Shown: one piece after another, positions 46,259 through 57,103 of the stretch
Layout of the letters: the number at the start of each line of letters is the position of its first letter
Numbering within the stretch: position 1 is the stretch's first letter
Assembly: GCA_017517605.1 (NCBI GenBank)
Contig: JAFWYQ010000086.1
Location: forward strand, 13,114 to 77,113
DNA from: Bacteroidaceae bacterium
GTDB taxonomy: Bacteria; Bacteroidota; Bacteroidia; Bacteroidales; Bacteroidaceae
DNA: 64,000 nucleotides
Direction of reading: 5' to 3'
Position numbers and translations under genes: made by a program
Notes under the pieces: model-generated
Told to the model about the DNA's origin: nothing
Seen by the model: only the letters and a program-made list of their open reading frames with translations
The model's database searches: none

Positions 46259-49200
46259 TTACTGCTGCAACGTCTCCAGGAACTCAATCTCTACGATGCG
46301 GAGCTCGTTGCGGGTCTTGTCACCATCTTTGGCCTTGAAGAGGTCGAGTTCGCCTGCTTTGGGTTCCACCACCTCCACGATTTGTCCGAAAGCATCGCCC
46401 TCTTGGGCGGCTCCTTTCAGACGGATGGTAATCTCATCGGTCAGGACGGGGTGCTCAATGTTCAGATGGATGTAGCCAAGGCTCTTTTCGGTATTGCCTT
46501 TCCAGATGAGTTGCTTGCCTGCAAAGATTTCAATGGGGTAGCTGCGCTGGCGCCAACCGGTAAGTTTCATGCAGATGTCGTCAATGGCGGCACGGCGGTC
46601 CAACTTGTAGGTAATCCATGCGGTGGAGAGTTTGCCATCGTTACGCCACTCGCTCAGTTCGTTGTCGTCGAAGCTGTTGGCGGCAGTCTCTTGGTTGGTT
46701 CCTGCGGTGACGCTCAGCACTTGCACATCCACCTTCTTGTCGGTGTATGAGGGGGTGAGCGGTGTTTCGCCACGATCCAACCGGCAAGGGAGGAGTTCGC
46801 CGGGGAAGTGCTTGCTCAGTCCATTCACCACTTCCACGGGGATTGTAGTCCAACTCTCTGTGGCTGTGCCCAATTCTTTGGCGGTAGCGGTCAACTTCAC
46901 TTCGCCTGCTTCGGTGGTGGAGCGTACCAACACGCGGGTGATGCCGCACTCTACGGGAAGCGAGGTGGCAAAGGCATAGTTGTCGGGACCCTGTGCGATA
47001 CCTCCGCGCCATTCGGCCGGCCCTTCGAGGGCGAAGTCAATCATATCGTTAGCCAAGGGGCAACGCTGTCCGTTGGCATCCACCACCTCCACTTGCACCA
47101 TCACGATGTCGTGTCCGTCGGCAAAGCTTCCTGCGGGGTTGGCCATGCGGGTCAGCTTCAGGTGGTGTGGCTTGCCTGCGGTCTTCAGCGTGGTGCGGCT
47201 CAACTCCTTGCCAACTTCGTCATACGATACGGCTTCGAGTGTGCCTGGCTTCCACTGAATGCTGTCGAAGGTGAAGAGGAAACGGTACTCCTGACGGCCG
47301 AAGCCCTGCGATTCGCCATTGATGAAGAGTTCCACGCGGTCGCCGGTGGAGACTACATAGACGGGTTTGATGACAGCAGACCCTCCCCCTTGCCCCTCCG
47401 CAAGGGAGGGGAGTGAAATGTGTTGATTGTCATTGCGTGAAGTATCTACTCCTTCCCCTTGGGGAAGGTTAGGATGTGGTCCTTCATAATTCCAGTGTCC
47501 CACGATGTGTGTGCTGTGTTCCTCGATGTCAACCCAGCCGTTCCACATCACTTTGTGGGCAAAATATCCGTCTTTGGGGATGCGCAAGGGATCCACCACA
47601 CCGCTGCGGCGGTAGTTCTCCACGCCGCGGTAGTGGGTCTGCGTGTCGCTGAAGATAATCTTGGCACCGCCCGAGTTCACACGGCGGCCCATGCCGGGAC
47701 GTTCGCGCCAGTAGTCATACCAGCGGCGCACCCATTCCACGGTCAGCTGGTCCTGATTCTGGTTGTAGGCGCTGGCATCCTTCTTGGGAGCACTGGTGTT
47801 GGTGACGGTAGAGTGGTACTCGGTGTTGCCTTCGCCATGCTTGTGATAGGGGTAGCTGTAGTCATCCCAATACTTGCGCAATCCCTCGTCGCGGCAATAT
47901 TCGGTGGCAATCATGGGGTGGTGGCTGCTCTTGTTGATGTAGAGCATTTCACCGCCATATTCAGCCTCGCGGATGTCCAGCATCTCGCGGCTGCCGATGG
48001 CGCGTCCGCCGTGGGGGTCGTACTGGTCGCGGATGGCTTTCATCTCTATCATGTGTTCGCGGCTGATGGCCTCGTTGCCACATTCGTAGAAGATGACGCT
48101 CGGATTGTTGCGGTTGTAGATGATGACATCGCGCATCAGCTCAGTGCGCTGTTCCCACTGGCGGCCTTGGCGGTCTTTCTCCGCATCGCCGGCAGGCAAC
48201 ATCTGCATGGCACCCACGCGGTCGCAGCTCTCGATGTCCTGCTTCCAGGCCGAGATGTGCATCCAGCGGAAGAAGTTGGCGTTACCCTCTACGGCCAGTC
48301 CGTTGCTGTAGTCGCTCATCCAGGCAGGCACGCTCAAGCCGACGCCCGGCCACTCGTTGCTGGTGCGCTGGGCATAGCCCTTGAACTGCAGCACGCGGTC
48401 GTTGATCCACACTTTTCCCTCGCCGAATCGTGTCTTGCGGAATCCGGTGCGGGTCACCACCTCGTCCACGATGTCGCCATCCACGATGAGGCGCGTCTTT
48501 ACCTTATACAGATAACCATATCCCCAGCTCCAGAAGTGGAGGTCGCTCAAAGGGGCTTCGGCACTCAGTGTGGCTGTCTCGCCCTTCTTCACGAGGATGG
48601 GTTCGCTACGGAAGGTGGCGACGGATTTGTCGTCGATGTCGAGCACCTCCACTTCATAGCCTACGGTCAGTGCTTTCTTGTATTCGTTCTTCACTTCCGA
48701 CTCGGCGTGGATGATGGCCTTGCGGCTCTTTACCTGTATGTCCTTGGCATAGATGTAGACACCCGTCGTCTTCATGTTGCTGTAGAGGGGCAGTGTCTGA
48801 TAGAGTTTGTCCGTCACGTGCAGCCACACGTTTTTGGGCAGTCCGCCGTAGTTGGCATTGAAGTTGCGGTCGCTCCACTGGTATTTGGTGTTGGTGGCCC
48901 GTTCGCGGTAGTCCCAGTCGTTGTCGGTGCGCACGGCCATCACGTTGTCGCCGCTATAATTTATATAAGGTGTCAGGTCGAATCCCACGGCCATGGCGCC
49001 GTTTTCGTGCAAGCCCAGGTAGTGGCCGTTCAGGTAGAAGTCGGCTCCTTGGCGTACACCCTCAAATTCCACAAACACCTTCTTGTTTTTGGCCGTCTTG
49101 GGCAGGCGGAAATGCTTGCGGTACCAGGCGATAGTGTCGGTCAAGTGCTTGATGTCCACTTTGAACACCTCGTCTTCGTTGTGCGCCCGTGGCAGGGTCA

Positions 49201-49378
49201 CTTTCTCCCAGTCGGCATCGGGGTAATCACTCTTTTCAGCTCCCTCAAGGTCGCCTATGTGCAGCAGCCACTCGGGGTTGAAATTGTACTTTTCGCGGTC
49301 GTAGCCCTTGGCCATAGCCAATACCGGTAACATCATAGCGATTGCCAGCAGGGCAGTCAGTTTTGCTTTGAGTCTCAT
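46259..49378 (-). CDS. GH2 beta-galactosidase-like (DUF4982-containing)
   Basis: WYRKHF, EFEGVRQ, RNNPSVIFYECGNE, VGHWNY, VEVVDANG. Confidence 0.9.
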   Translation of the reverse strand: MRLKAKLTALLAIAMMLPVLAMAKGYDREKYNFNPEWLLHIGDLEGAEKSDYPDADWEKVTLPRAHNEDEVFKVDIKHLTDTIAWYRKHFRLPKTAKNKKVFVEFEGVRQGADFYLNGHYLGLHENGAMAVGFDLTPYINYSGDNVMAVRTDNDWDYRERATNTKYQWSDRNFNANYGGLPKNVWLHVTDKLYQTLPLYSNMKTTGVYIYAKDIQVKSRKAIIHAESEVKNEYKKALTVGYEVEVLDIDDKSVATFRSEPILVKKGETATLSAEAPLSDLHFWSWGYGYLYKVKTRLIVDGDIVDEVVTRTGFRKTRFGEGKVWINDRVLQFKGYAQRTSNEWPGVGLSVPAWMSDYSNGLAVEGNANFFRWMHISAWKQDIESCDRVGAMQMLPAGDAEKDRQGRQWEQRTELMRDVIIYNRNNPSVIFYECGNEAISREHMIEMKAIRDQYDPHGGRAIGSREMLDIREAEYGGEMLYINKSSHHPMIATEYCRDEGLRKYWDDYSYPYHKHGEGNTEYHSTVTNTSAPKKDASAYNQNQDQLTVEWVRRWYDYWRERPGMGRRVNSGGAKIIFSDTQTHYRGVENYRRSGVVDPLRIPKDGYFAHKVMWNGWVDIEEHSTHIVGHWNYEGPHPNLPQGEGVDTSRNDNQHISLPSLAEGQGGGSAVIKPVYVVSTGDRVELFINGESQGFGRQEYRFLFTFDSIQWKPGTLEAVSYDEVGKELSRTTLKTAGKPHHLKLTRMANPAGSFADGHDIVMVQVEVVDANGQRCPLANDMIDFALEGPAEWRGGIAQGPDNYAFATSLPVECGITRVLVRSTTEAGEVKLTATAKELGTATESWTTIPVEVVNGLSKHFPGELLPCRLDRGETPLTPSYTDKKVDVQVLSVTAGTNQETAANSFDDNELSEWRNDGKLSTAWITYKLDRRAAIDDICMKLTGWRQRSYPIEIFAGKQLIWKGNTEKSLGYIHLNIEHPVLTDEITIRLKGAAQEGDAFGQIVEVVEPKAGELDLFKAKDGDKTRNELRIVEIEFLETLQQ
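47379..47481. repeat. REP doublet inserted in-frame within the GH2 gene
   Basis: GACCCTCCCCCTTGCCCCTCCGCAAGGGAGGGGAGT ... ACTCCTTCCCCTTGGGGAAGGTTAGGATGTGGTC; related intergenic copy at about 46086-46115. Confidence 0.8.
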
Positions 49379-49415
49379 GTGGTAATTAGTTTGTTATTAG
49401 TTGTTTTATGATTTA

Positions 49416-50069
49416 TTAGAATGCTTTCAGTAGTTCTAATTCTTCTAAGTTTTGGAGCACAACTTTCGCCGATTCCTTTTGCTTTTTGTCGTACGCATTG
49501 TAGTAGCTTTGGGCTACGGGGTCGTCGGCAAGCAATGCATCTATATCTTCAGGGGTAATCATTTGCAGTTTTTTTTGATCCGAGGTCATCAGATAGCATA
49601 CGGGGTAAGATTCTCTCAAGGGTAGTACTGTTACGGCTGTCCCAGTACAAGGCACTAGCAGGATGTTGACAGCTAAGTTGACTGAAAAATAGAGTGCTGC
49701 TGTTCCTCCTTTTACTCCTCGGGGGCCTACTACGCATACCGAATCCTGTCCGTAGCGGAATGCTTGGGTGTAGTTCTTGCCCATGCTTGTGCCTTTGCCT
49801 TTCAGTTTACGGTTGTTTACGTACAAGATGTCGTCGTGTACAATGAAACGTGCTTCCTTCTTCAGAATTTTGTCCAATTCCTTGTCTTCCGTGGTAAACA
49901 CCATGTCTCCCAGACCTATGGTGTTCTTTAATGTAGCCTTTACAGGTTGCTTAATTTCTACCCATTTGTCGTTCTTGAAATCTTCGTACGACAGGCAGTA
50001 GCGTGTCTGCGCCACCATGATAATTGATGCCACTATAAGTATCCATGCGAGGGAAAATAATCTTTTCAT
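49416..50069 (-). CDS. Hypothetical exported protein
   Basis: 217 aa with a signal peptide and its own -7 element upstream. Confidence 0.75.
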   Translation of the reverse strand: MKRLFSLAWILIVASIIMVAQTRYCLSYEDFKNDKWVEIKQPVKATLKNTIGLGDMVFTTEDKELDKILKKEARFIVHDDILYVNNRKLKGKGTSMGKNYTQAFRYGQDSVCVVGPRGVKGGTAALYFSVNLAVNILLVPCTGTAVTVLPLRESYPVCYLMTSDQKKLQMITPEDIDALLADDPVAQSYYNAYDKKQKESAKVVLQNLEELELLKAF

Positions 50070-50305
50070 AGCTGTTTATTTTAATAGATTTATGATTCTT
50101 GTCGGCAAAAGTACGCATTTTTCCTAATACGGCGGTACAAATCCTGTCGCAAAGTGTGCAAGAAATGTAGCAAATGAAGGTTTAGGGATTAGGGTTGAAG
50201 GATTAGGATTTAGAATTAAGGGGGAGGAATGAGGACAAAATTGCTCTTTTCGCCCATAAATGATAAATTCCTTGTAAAAAACTTGTCAGTCAGAAAATAA
50301 AGCAG

Positions 50306-50313
50306 TACCTTTG
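50306..50313 (+). promoter_or_regulatory. rpsO promoter -7 element
   Basis: TACCTTTG about 40 nt upstream of rpsO. Confidence 0.65.
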
Positions 50314-50355
50314 CACCCGCAAAATTAAAGTTTTACGTTTTAAAGTTAATCAATT

Positions 50356-50625
50356 ATGTATTTAGACGCTGCTAAGAAGCAAGAAATCTTTGGACAATAC
50401 GGAAAGTCTAACACTGATACTGGTTCAGCTGAGAGCCAGATTGCTTTGTTTTCATACCGTATTTCCCATTTGACGGAGCACTTGAAAAAGAACCGTAAAG
50501 ATTATAGCACTGAAAGAGCATTGACTATGTTGGTAGGTAAGCGTCGCGCCCTCCTCAACTACTTGAAGGACCGCGATATCACTCGCTACCGTGCCATCGT
50601 TAAGGCTCTCGGCTTGCGTAAGTAA
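50356..50625 (+). CDS. rpsO: 30S ribosomal protein S15
   Basis: DTGSAESQIA, HLTEHLK, LVGKRRALLNYL, LGLRK. Confidence 0.98.
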   Translation: MYLDAAKKQEIFGQYGKSNTDTGSAESQIALFSYRISHLTEHLKKNRKDYSTERALTMLVGKRRALLNYLKDRDITRYRAIVKALGLRK

Positions 50626-50649
50626 TCCACACACTTACGGCGAAAGCTT

Positions 50650-50689
50650 AAAAAGAGGATATATCCACTCGGGTATATCCTCTTTTTTT
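50650..50689. terminator. Bidirectional intrinsic terminator
   Basis: AAAAAGAGGATATA/TATATCCTCTTTTTT. Confidence 0.85.
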
Positions 50690-51752
50690 ATTCTTCGCTG
50701 ACAATCCAACCTTTTTTGTCGAACAGCAGCGGGCGGATAAAGAGGTGGGCATTGCCATCGTGTGCCTTCTTGTAGGCATGGGAGACAAAGTACCACTGTC
50801 CGTCGAATTCGTAAACCGAGTTGTGTCCGATGCCGAAATTCTCGTTGTCGGGGCCATAGAGATGGGTGCCGCCGCCCTGGTCCATGCGTTTGCCCTCTTT
50901 GTCGAGGTAGGGGCCTTCGATTTTCTTGGAGCGGCCGTAGACCGTTTTGTAGGTGGATTCTTCGCCCCGGCAGCAGTAGTCGAAGCTGACAAACAGGTAA
51001 TAGTATTTGCCGCGCTTGATGATGAAGGGAGCCTCCACGGCATTGTCGCCGGCCTCGATGGTATTGTTGCCTTCTTGGGTATGTTTGATTTTCTTCAGGT
51101 CCACCTCCTTGTTGATGCGGCGCGAGATGGTGACGGGCTTGGTGATGGGAGTCTGGAAATCCTCTTTGGAGAGTTTCACCAATTGGATGCCATCCCAGAA
51201 AGAGCCGAAGGTGAGGTAGGGTTGCCCCTTCTTGTCTACAATCAGGTTGGGGTCGATGGCATTGAAGTTGTCCACATTGCGGTGCGAGGCGATGACCATG
51301 CCCTTATCCTCCCAACGGAAGTCGGGCGAGGTGGGGTCGAGTGTCTTGTTCACGGCCAAGCCGATGGCGCTACCATTTTTGCCAAAAGTGGAGCAGGAGT
51401 AGTAGAGGTGCCACAGACCGTTGTGGTAGCTGATATCGGGAGCCCAGGTGTGCCCGCGGTAGCCGGGTACTGTGTCTACAGCCCAAGCCGGAGTTTGGGG
51501 CAGGGCGCCTCGTTCGCGTGTCCATTCCTTCATGTCGGGGCTTGAGAGTACGCTCACGTTCATGCCAGTGGCAAAAATGTAGTACTTGCCATCCTCGCCT
51601 CGCGCCATCACGGGGTCGTGTACACCGGGGTTCAGACTGTCGAAGCGGGGGCGGCGTTGTTCCTGCGAGGTGCTTGTCTGTGTGGTGGATTGTTGTGCTA
51701 TACTCGCAAGCGTACAGAGGGCATACAGTGCGAAAAGGATTTGCTTTCTCAT
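50688..51752 (-). CDS. GH43 arabinan endo-1,5-alpha-L-arabinosidase-like
   Basis: VHDP, WAPD, NAIDP, FGSFWDGI, EAPF, SFDYCC, GHNS. Confidence 0.9.
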   Translation of the reverse strand: MRKQILFALYALCTLASIAQQSTTQTSTSQEQRRPRFDSLNPGVHDPVMARGEDGKYYIFATGMNVSVLSSPDMKEWTRERGALPQTPAWAVDTVPGYRGHTWAPDISYHNGLWHLYYSCSTFGKNGSAIGLAVNKTLDPTSPDFRWEDKGMVIASHRNVDNFNAIDPNLIVDKKGQPYLTFGSFWDGIQLVKLSKEDFQTPITKPVTISRRINKEVDLKKIKHTQEGNNTIEAGDNAVEAPFIIKRGKYYYLFVSFDYCCRGEESTYKTVYGRSKKIEGPYLDKEGKRMDQGGGTHLYGPDNENFGIGHNSVYEFDGQWYFVSHAYKKAHDGNAHLFIRPLLFDKKGWIVSEE

Positions 51753-51807
51753 AATGGTATATGTGTTTAGTTGAAAAAATGCGAGTCTTTACGACTTTCA
51801 TAAAAGA

Positions 51808-51843
51808 AAGAAGCGGATACCCCGCATGGAGCATCCGCTTCTT
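51808..51843 (-). terminator. pckA terminator
   Basis: AAGAAGCGGAT/ATCCGCTTCTT stem. Confidence 0.75.
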
Positions 51844-51865
51844 GGGCGATATAATCAGTCTGTGA

Positions 51866-53476
51866 TTAATCGAGGTGAGGACCTGCAGCAACGAGAGCCT
51901 TACCAGCTTCGTTTCCAGTAAACTTAGCGAAGTTCTTGATGAAGCGGCTGGCGAGATCCTTAGCCTTCTCTTCCCACTTGCAAGCACACTCGTAAGTATC
52001 GCGAGGATCGAGGATCTTCGGATCTACGTTAGGCAATTCTGTGGGAACTACGAAGTCGAAGTAAGGAATAGTCTTGGTAGGAGCAGTGTTGATTGAACCA
52101 TCGAGGATAGCGTCGATGATACCGCGAGTATCCTTGATAGAGATACGCTTACCAGTACCGTTCCAACCTGTGTTTACCAAGTAAGCCTTAGCGCCTACCT
52201 TCTCCATCTTCTTAACCAACTCTTCAGCATACTTAGTGGGGTGCAAGCTCAAGAAGGCAGCACCGAAGCAAGCTGAGAATGTGGGAGTGGGTTCAGTGAT
52301 ACCGCGCTCTGTACCTGCCAACTTAGCGGTGAAACCAGAGAGGAAGTAGTACTGAGCCTGATCGGGGTTCAGGATAGATACGGGAGGCAATACACCGAAT
52401 GCATCAGCAGACAGGAAGATTACCTGATGAGCGTGAGGACCCTTAGAAACGGGCTTCACGATGTTGTTGATGTGGTAGATGGGGTAAGAAACGCGAGTGT
52501 TCTCAGTCACGCTCTTGTCAGCAAAGTCAATCTTGCCGTCCTCAGCTACAGTCACGTTCTCCAACAGAGCGTCGCGCTTGATAGCGTTGTAGATATCGGG
52601 TTCGCTCTCCTTGTCGAGGTTGATAACCTTGGCGTAGCAACCACCTTCGTAGTTGAACACACCTTCGTCGTCCCATCCGTGCTCGTCGTCACCGATAAGC
52701 AGACGCTTCGGGTCAGTAGAGAGGGTAGTCTTACCAGTACCAGAAAGGCCGAAGAAGATAGCAGAGTCAGTGCCTTCCATGTTGGTGTTGGCAGAGCAGT
52801 GCATTGAAGCGATGCCCTTCAAGGGGTTCAGGTAGTTCATGATAGAGAAGATACCCTTCTTCATCTCACCACCGTACCAAGTGTTCAGGATTACCTGCTC
52901 GTTGGTCTTGAGGTTGAACACGGTAGCTGTCTCAGAGTTCAAGCCCAGCTCCTTGTAGTTGTCAACCTTAGCCTTGGCTGCATTGAATGACACGAAATCG
53001 GGTTCGCCGTAAGCCTCCAACTCCTCAGCTGTAGGACGGATGAACATGTTGGTCACGAAGTGAGCCTGCCATGCAACTTCCATGATGAAACGAACTTTCA
53101 GACGAGTTGCGGGGTTGGCACCGCAGAAAGTATCTACTACGAACAGACGCTTGCCGCTCAGCTGCTTTACAGCCTTAGCCTTCAAGTCTGCCCAAGCCTC
53201 TTCAGAGCAAGGCTTGTTGTCGTTCTTATATTCTTCAGAAGTCCACCATACAGTGTCCTTGCTGGCTTCGTTCATTACAAAGAATTTGTCCTTAGGTGAA
53301 CGGCCGGTGTACACACCAGTCATTACGTTTACAGTACCAAGTTCAGTTACCTGACCTTTTTCAAAGCCTTCGAGTCCGGGCTTTGTCTCTTCAGCGAAGA
53401 GAACATCGTACGAGGGGTTGTGCAATACCTCAACCACGTCGGTGATGCCATACTTGCTTAAATCTAAATTTGCCAT
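51866..53476 (-). CDS. pckA: Phosphoenolpyruvate carboxykinase (ATP)
   Basis: [44 protein letters not shown]. Confidence 0.98.
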   Translation of the reverse strand: MANLDLSKYGITDVVEVLHNPSYDVLFAEETKPGLEGFEKGQVTELGTVNVMTGVYTGRSPKDKFFVMNEASKDTVWWTSEEYKNDNKPCSEEAWADLKAKAVKQLSGKRLFVVDTFCGANPATRLKVRFIMEVAWQAHFVTNMFIRPTAEELEAYGEPDFVSFNAAKAKVDNYKELGLNSETATVFNLKTNEQVILNTWYGGEMKKGIFSIMNYLNPLKGIASMHCSANTNMEGTDSAIFFGLSGTGKTTLSTDPKRLLIGDDEHGWDDEGVFNYEGGCYAKVINLDKESEPDIYNAIKRDALLENVTVAEDGKIDFADKSVTENTRVSYPIYHINNIVKPVSKGPHAHQVIFLSADAFGVLPPVSILNPDQAQYYFLSGFTAKLAGTERGITEPTPTFSACFGAAFLSLHPTKYAEELVKKMEKVGAKAYLVNTGWNGTGKRISIKDTRGIIDAILDGSINTAPTKTIPYFDFVVPTELPNVDPKILDPRDTYECACKWEEKAKDLASRFIKNFAKFTGNEAGKALVAAGPHLD

Positions 53477-53689
53477 TGTCTTTAAATTTAAAAAATTATT
53501 GTTACTAATACCTTTATTTAATTCATCTTTTTGAAGTGCCTAAAAAGGTGTCGTTGCGAACAAGCCCTTGTTAAGCGCGTACAAATGTACTGCTTTATTT
53601 CAGAAAAAAAAACTTATTAGAGAAATATTTCCTTATTAACAGAACTTTTAATATTTATCAAGCAAATCTGCTAATTGGAGTTTACAAAA

Positions 53690-53720
53690 ACGGCACGTCG
53701 GAATGATTCAGACGTGCCGT
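53690..53720 (-). terminator. Intrinsic terminator
   Basis: ACGGCACGTC/GACGTGCCGT stem with a T run on the minus strand. Confidence 0.75.
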
Positions 53721-53731
53721 GAATGGATTGT

Positions 53732-54268
53732 TTACTGTAACACCAGCGTGTTCCTCATAAGGTCTTCCAATTGGGTTGGAGCTTTCATATCCAATTGGTA
53801 GGTGTGGCTGATGGTGTCGTAGCTGATTGTAGCATCAAAGTATAGGACCTTTTCCCCTATGCCGGACATGCTTATTGTGGCGGTTGTTCCCTCAATCTTC
53901 TCTACACGTTCGATGGTTCGTTGGGCCACTTTCACGCTCTCGGTGTTGTCGGGGGTGCGTACGCGGAGGGTGAGGCGGCCGTGTGTGAGTTCGCCATCAT
54001 CGTCGGGAATGTTCGGCTCGTAGAGGTTCATGATGAGGCTGTATTCCTCGAACCCACCGTTGTCGTCGGCCTTTCGGTAAAGGGCGTACTTGTAAAAGGG
54101 GCCTTGTGCCAGGGTATCGGTCTCCGTGTCGAAGGCTTGTGCTGGTATTTCCTGCATGTCCGATTCGCGGATGACGATTTCTGTGTTCCCTTGCCCGGTG
54201 TGTGTATTGGAGGTGCAGGCCACGAATAAGAGTGTCAGTATACCTGCACCGAATAGGTTCTTCTTCAT
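53732..54268 (-). CDS. Hypothetical lipoprotein
   Basis: LFVAC lipobox, 178 aa. Confidence 0.75.
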   Translation of the reverse strand: MKKNLFGAGILTLLFVACTSNTHTGQGNTEIVIRESDMQEIPAQAFDTETDTLAQGPFYKYALYRKADDNGGFEEYSLIMNLYEPNIPDDDGELTHGRLTLRVRTPDNTESVKVAQRTIERVEKIEGTTATISMSGIGEKVLYFDATISYDTISHTYQLDMKAPTQLEDLMRNTLVLQ

Positions 54269-54295
54269 GTTGATAATATGTTACAGGCGGATTGC

Positions 54296-55714
54296 TTACT
54301 TATTGCTCAAGTATTGGTCTAATTGTGGCAACGCGGTGGGGAGTACAGAGCGGTATGTGACATCCTCCACGCTGAGGGCTTCGACGTTTTTCACCCCATT
54401 GGTCGTGTCGGCCACGCAATCCACCTGTATGTTCTTCATCACAATGTGGCGGATGGGCAGGCGCTCGTCACCGCGCAGCTCATAGATGGCCTTGGCCGAA
54501 TCCACTTGGATGTTGGAGAGGTAGATGTCGTTGATGCGGGTGAGTGTGTCTTTGTATGTCGGCACCAGATTCCGCCACTGGTAGAGCACGTCGGTGTCAA
54601 TCTCGGCCACGCGCAGGGTGCCTCCCGTCCGGATGCTGTCCATGTGGATGTTTTCCACAAAGGCTCCGCGCCGGTGGTTGGTCTTCACGAAGAAGAGGCG
54701 GTGCACCGTGCCGGGTGCCACACAATTGGTCATGTAGATGTTGCGGATGCCACCGGCCAGTTCGCTGCCGATGCCCAGCAGGGTGTGTCCTTGCTTGATG
54801 GTGCAATTGCGCACCACGATGTTTTCACACGGAGTGTTCAGTCTCCAAGCGTCGTGGTTGCGACCCGATTTGATGACCACCGCATCGTCTCCTTGGTCAA
54901 ACACGCAATCCTCCACCAGGAAGTTGCGGCTCATCTCCAGGTCGATACCATCGTTGTTGTGCCCATGTGCACGGACGTTGAGGTTGCGTGCCACACCCCC
55001 GTCGCACAGGTAGAGGTGGATTGTCCAAAAGGGGCTTCCGTCGATGGAGAATCCGTCGAGCAACACATTCTTGCATCTGTTCAATTGGATGAGGTGCGGG
55101 CGGAAGTTGTTGTCGCCCACCGCCACTTGTCGCTCCTCCACGGGCACGTCTTTCGACATCTGGTGATAGAGGTTGGCCAATGCATCCATGTGTGCTTCCG
55201 GTCGGCTGAACCACTTGCGCCAGAGTCCCATCTTGGGGTAAAGTTTGCCCGCGCCGGTGATGGCCACATTTTCGCACTCGAAGGCATAGATTAGTGGTGA
55301 ATAGTTGTAGCACTCCATACCCTCCCACGAGGTGTGTACGGCCGGCAGGTAATCCGCCGGGTTGTCGGTGAAGCGCACCACGGCTCCTTCGGCCAGATAG
55401 AGGTTTACGTTGCTCTTCAGGTGGATGGGGCCTGTCAGCCACTCGCCGGCAGGGATGACCACCCGTCCGCCCCCTGCGGCATGGCAATCAGCGATGGCTT
55501 GCGCGATGGCCTCGGTGCAGAGGGTTGTATCCGTAGCTCCGTAAGCCGTGATGCTGAAGTCTTGTGCCGGATAGATGGGTACTCGGATGGCCTCCATCTC
55601 AAACGGAGCCTCCACGTTGATTGTCTCGAATTGCACTTGCGGTGCATTGCACCCGGCAAGAGCGATGCCGGCTACGATGGCCAATCCAGCGAATAGTTTC
55701 GTTGTTTTCATCAT
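54296..55714 (-). CDS. GH28 polygalacturonase/rhamnogalacturonase family lipoprotein
   Basis: LAGC lipobox; GGGRVVIPAG, NNDGID, GDD, IKSG, GH...IGSE. Confidence 0.93.
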   Translation of the reverse strand: MMKTTKLFAGLAIVAGIALAGCNAPQVQFETINVEAPFEMEAIRVPIYPAQDFSITAYGATDTTLCTEAIAQAIADCHAAGGGRVVIPAGEWLTGPIHLKSNVNLYLAEGAVVRFTDNPADYLPAVHTSWEGMECYNYSPLIYAFECENVAITGAGKLYPKMGLWRKWFSRPEAHMDALANLYHQMSKDVPVEERQVAVGDNNFRPHLIQLNRCKNVLLDGFSIDGSPFWTIHLYLCDGGVARNLNVRAHGHNNDGIDLEMSRNFLVEDCVFDQGDDAVVIKSGRNHDAWRLNTPCENIVVRNCTIKQGHTLLGIGSELAGGIRNIYMTNCVAPGTVHRLFFVKTNHRRGAFVENIHMDSIRTGGTLRVAEIDTDVLYQWRNLVPTYKDTLTRINDIYLSNIQVDSAKAIYELRGDERLPIRHIVMKNIQVDCVADTTNGVKNVEALSVEDVTYRSVLPTALPQLDQYLSNK

Positions 55715-55764
55715 CTCAAAGTTTTTCTGTTCAAGTTATCGGTGTAGTTCGTTATTCCTTTATA

Positions 55765-57099
55765 TTAATATACCCTCACCTCCTCCACGGTTATCCAATC
55801 TTCGCGGCTACCGAAGTAATCGCCCCGCTTGTTGCTCCAATGGGGGTGCTCACCGGCACATTCAACCACAAGGGTGTATTGGTCGTGGGGGAGAAGGGGG
55901 CTGACGTAGCGCAACCCATGGTCGTCCACCTTGCTGTAGAAGTCGATGAGGTTGGTGTGCATTGTGCGTCCTTCATTGTTGATGATAGTGATGCGTCCGT
56001 ATCCACCGTTGTTGAACGTATGTCCGATGACGGCTATGCGTGTGCCCTCAAAAGGAAGCTCCAGTTTGGCACCTTTCGTGGCGGTCTTGAAATTGACGGG
56101 GATGACTGTGCCGCCCAAATCCTTCACCGGCTTCATGGTTGCGGGATCCCATACGGGCCAATACTCGGGGATGCTGACCTTCCCGCCGTTCACTTGCATG
56201 GGCATCCACACGTAGGTGGCCGATGAGGCCTGATGGGGGTACGACCAACGGTCGCCCATGTACATATATACTATGGAGTCGCCCCGATGCAACGGCAGGA
56301 TGAAGGTCGATTGCGAGTTGTACGTCAGTGTCCCTTCAGGACAGAAGATGCCCTGCTTTGTCCACGGCCCTTCGATGCTGGGGGCTGTGTGGTAAAAATT
56401 GTCGTTGCGCTCCCAGCTCGTCAGGTTCGAGCCGAAGAGGTAGTAGGTGCCATCCTTGTGCAGCATGGCAGGTGATTCACCACCCCCTTCGATGCCACTG
56501 GCCACTTTTTTGACCGCTTTCCGATAATCCTTGCTCAAGCGGTAGATGTCACCGTGGTGCATCAACAGGTATCCTGTTCCGTCGTGGTCTTGGAAGGTTC
56601 CCATGTCCCACCGTTTGATGGGTTTACCTTCGTAGAGCAATGGTCCGATGAAGGTATAGGGGCCTGTAATCTCTTTGGCTACGGCCAATCCCACTTGTGG
56701 GTCCTTGTAGCGCATGTCGTCCGTATGAGCCAGCATAATGTATTCACCCGTCTTCGGACAACGCATCACCTTGGGGCGTTCACCCACGCGGTTAGGGCCT
56801 AATAGTCCTTCCTTTTGTAAAGGCAAAGCCACTCGCTCAAATTTCCAGTTCACCAAATTGGTACTACTATAGCATGCAAATCCAGGAAATGCATTTGTCG
56901 TGTCGCTTTTCCATTCGCCAAAAAGGTAGTATTTCCCATTCTCCTCCACGATGCAAGCACCGTGTGCATTTACCGGTTTGCCGTGGTCGTCCGTCCAAGG
57001 TACACCATTGACGATGGACGTCAGAAATGGGTCGTCCGTCTGAGCGGCCATAGTTATCGTGGCTATAATAGCTATGGTCGTCAATAAAAGTCTTTTCAT
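55765..57099 (-). CDS. GH43 family glycoside hydrolase (GH43_24-like) with C-terminal beta domain
   Basis: NAHGA, YYLFGE, GERPKV, DMGTFQD, ESPA, YNSQST, YMGDRW. Confidence 0.85.
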   Translation of the reverse strand: MKRLLLTTIAIIATITMAAQTDDPFLTSIVNGVPWTDDHGKPVNAHGACIVEENGKYYLFGEWKSDTTNAFPGFACYSSTNLVNWKFERVALPLQKEGLLGPNRVGERPKVMRCPKTGEYIMLAHTDDMRYKDPQVGLAVAKEITGPYTFIGPLLYEGKPIKRWDMGTFQDHDGTGYLLMHHGDIYRLSKDYRKAVKKVASGIEGGGESPAMLHKDGTYYLFGSNLTSWERNDNFYHTAPSIEGPWTKQGIFCPEGTLTYNSQSTFILPLHRGDSIVYMYMGDRWSYPHQASSATYVWMPMQVNGGKVSIPEYWPVWDPATMKPVKDLGGTVIPVNFKTATKGAKLELPFEGTRIAVIGHTFNNGGYGRITIINNEGRTMHTNLIDFYSKVDDHGLRYVSPLLPHDQYTLVVECAGEHPHWSNKRGDYFGSREDWITVEEVRVY

Positions 57100-57103
57100 G
57101 TGT

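Noticed and set aside
47459-49330. 623-aa plus-strand ORF and other long antisense ORFs (1493-2575, 11290-12390, 23961-24971, 44480-45454, 54323-55294)
   Set aside because: They are shadows of well-supported genes with GC-rich third codon positions and have no recognisable motifs.
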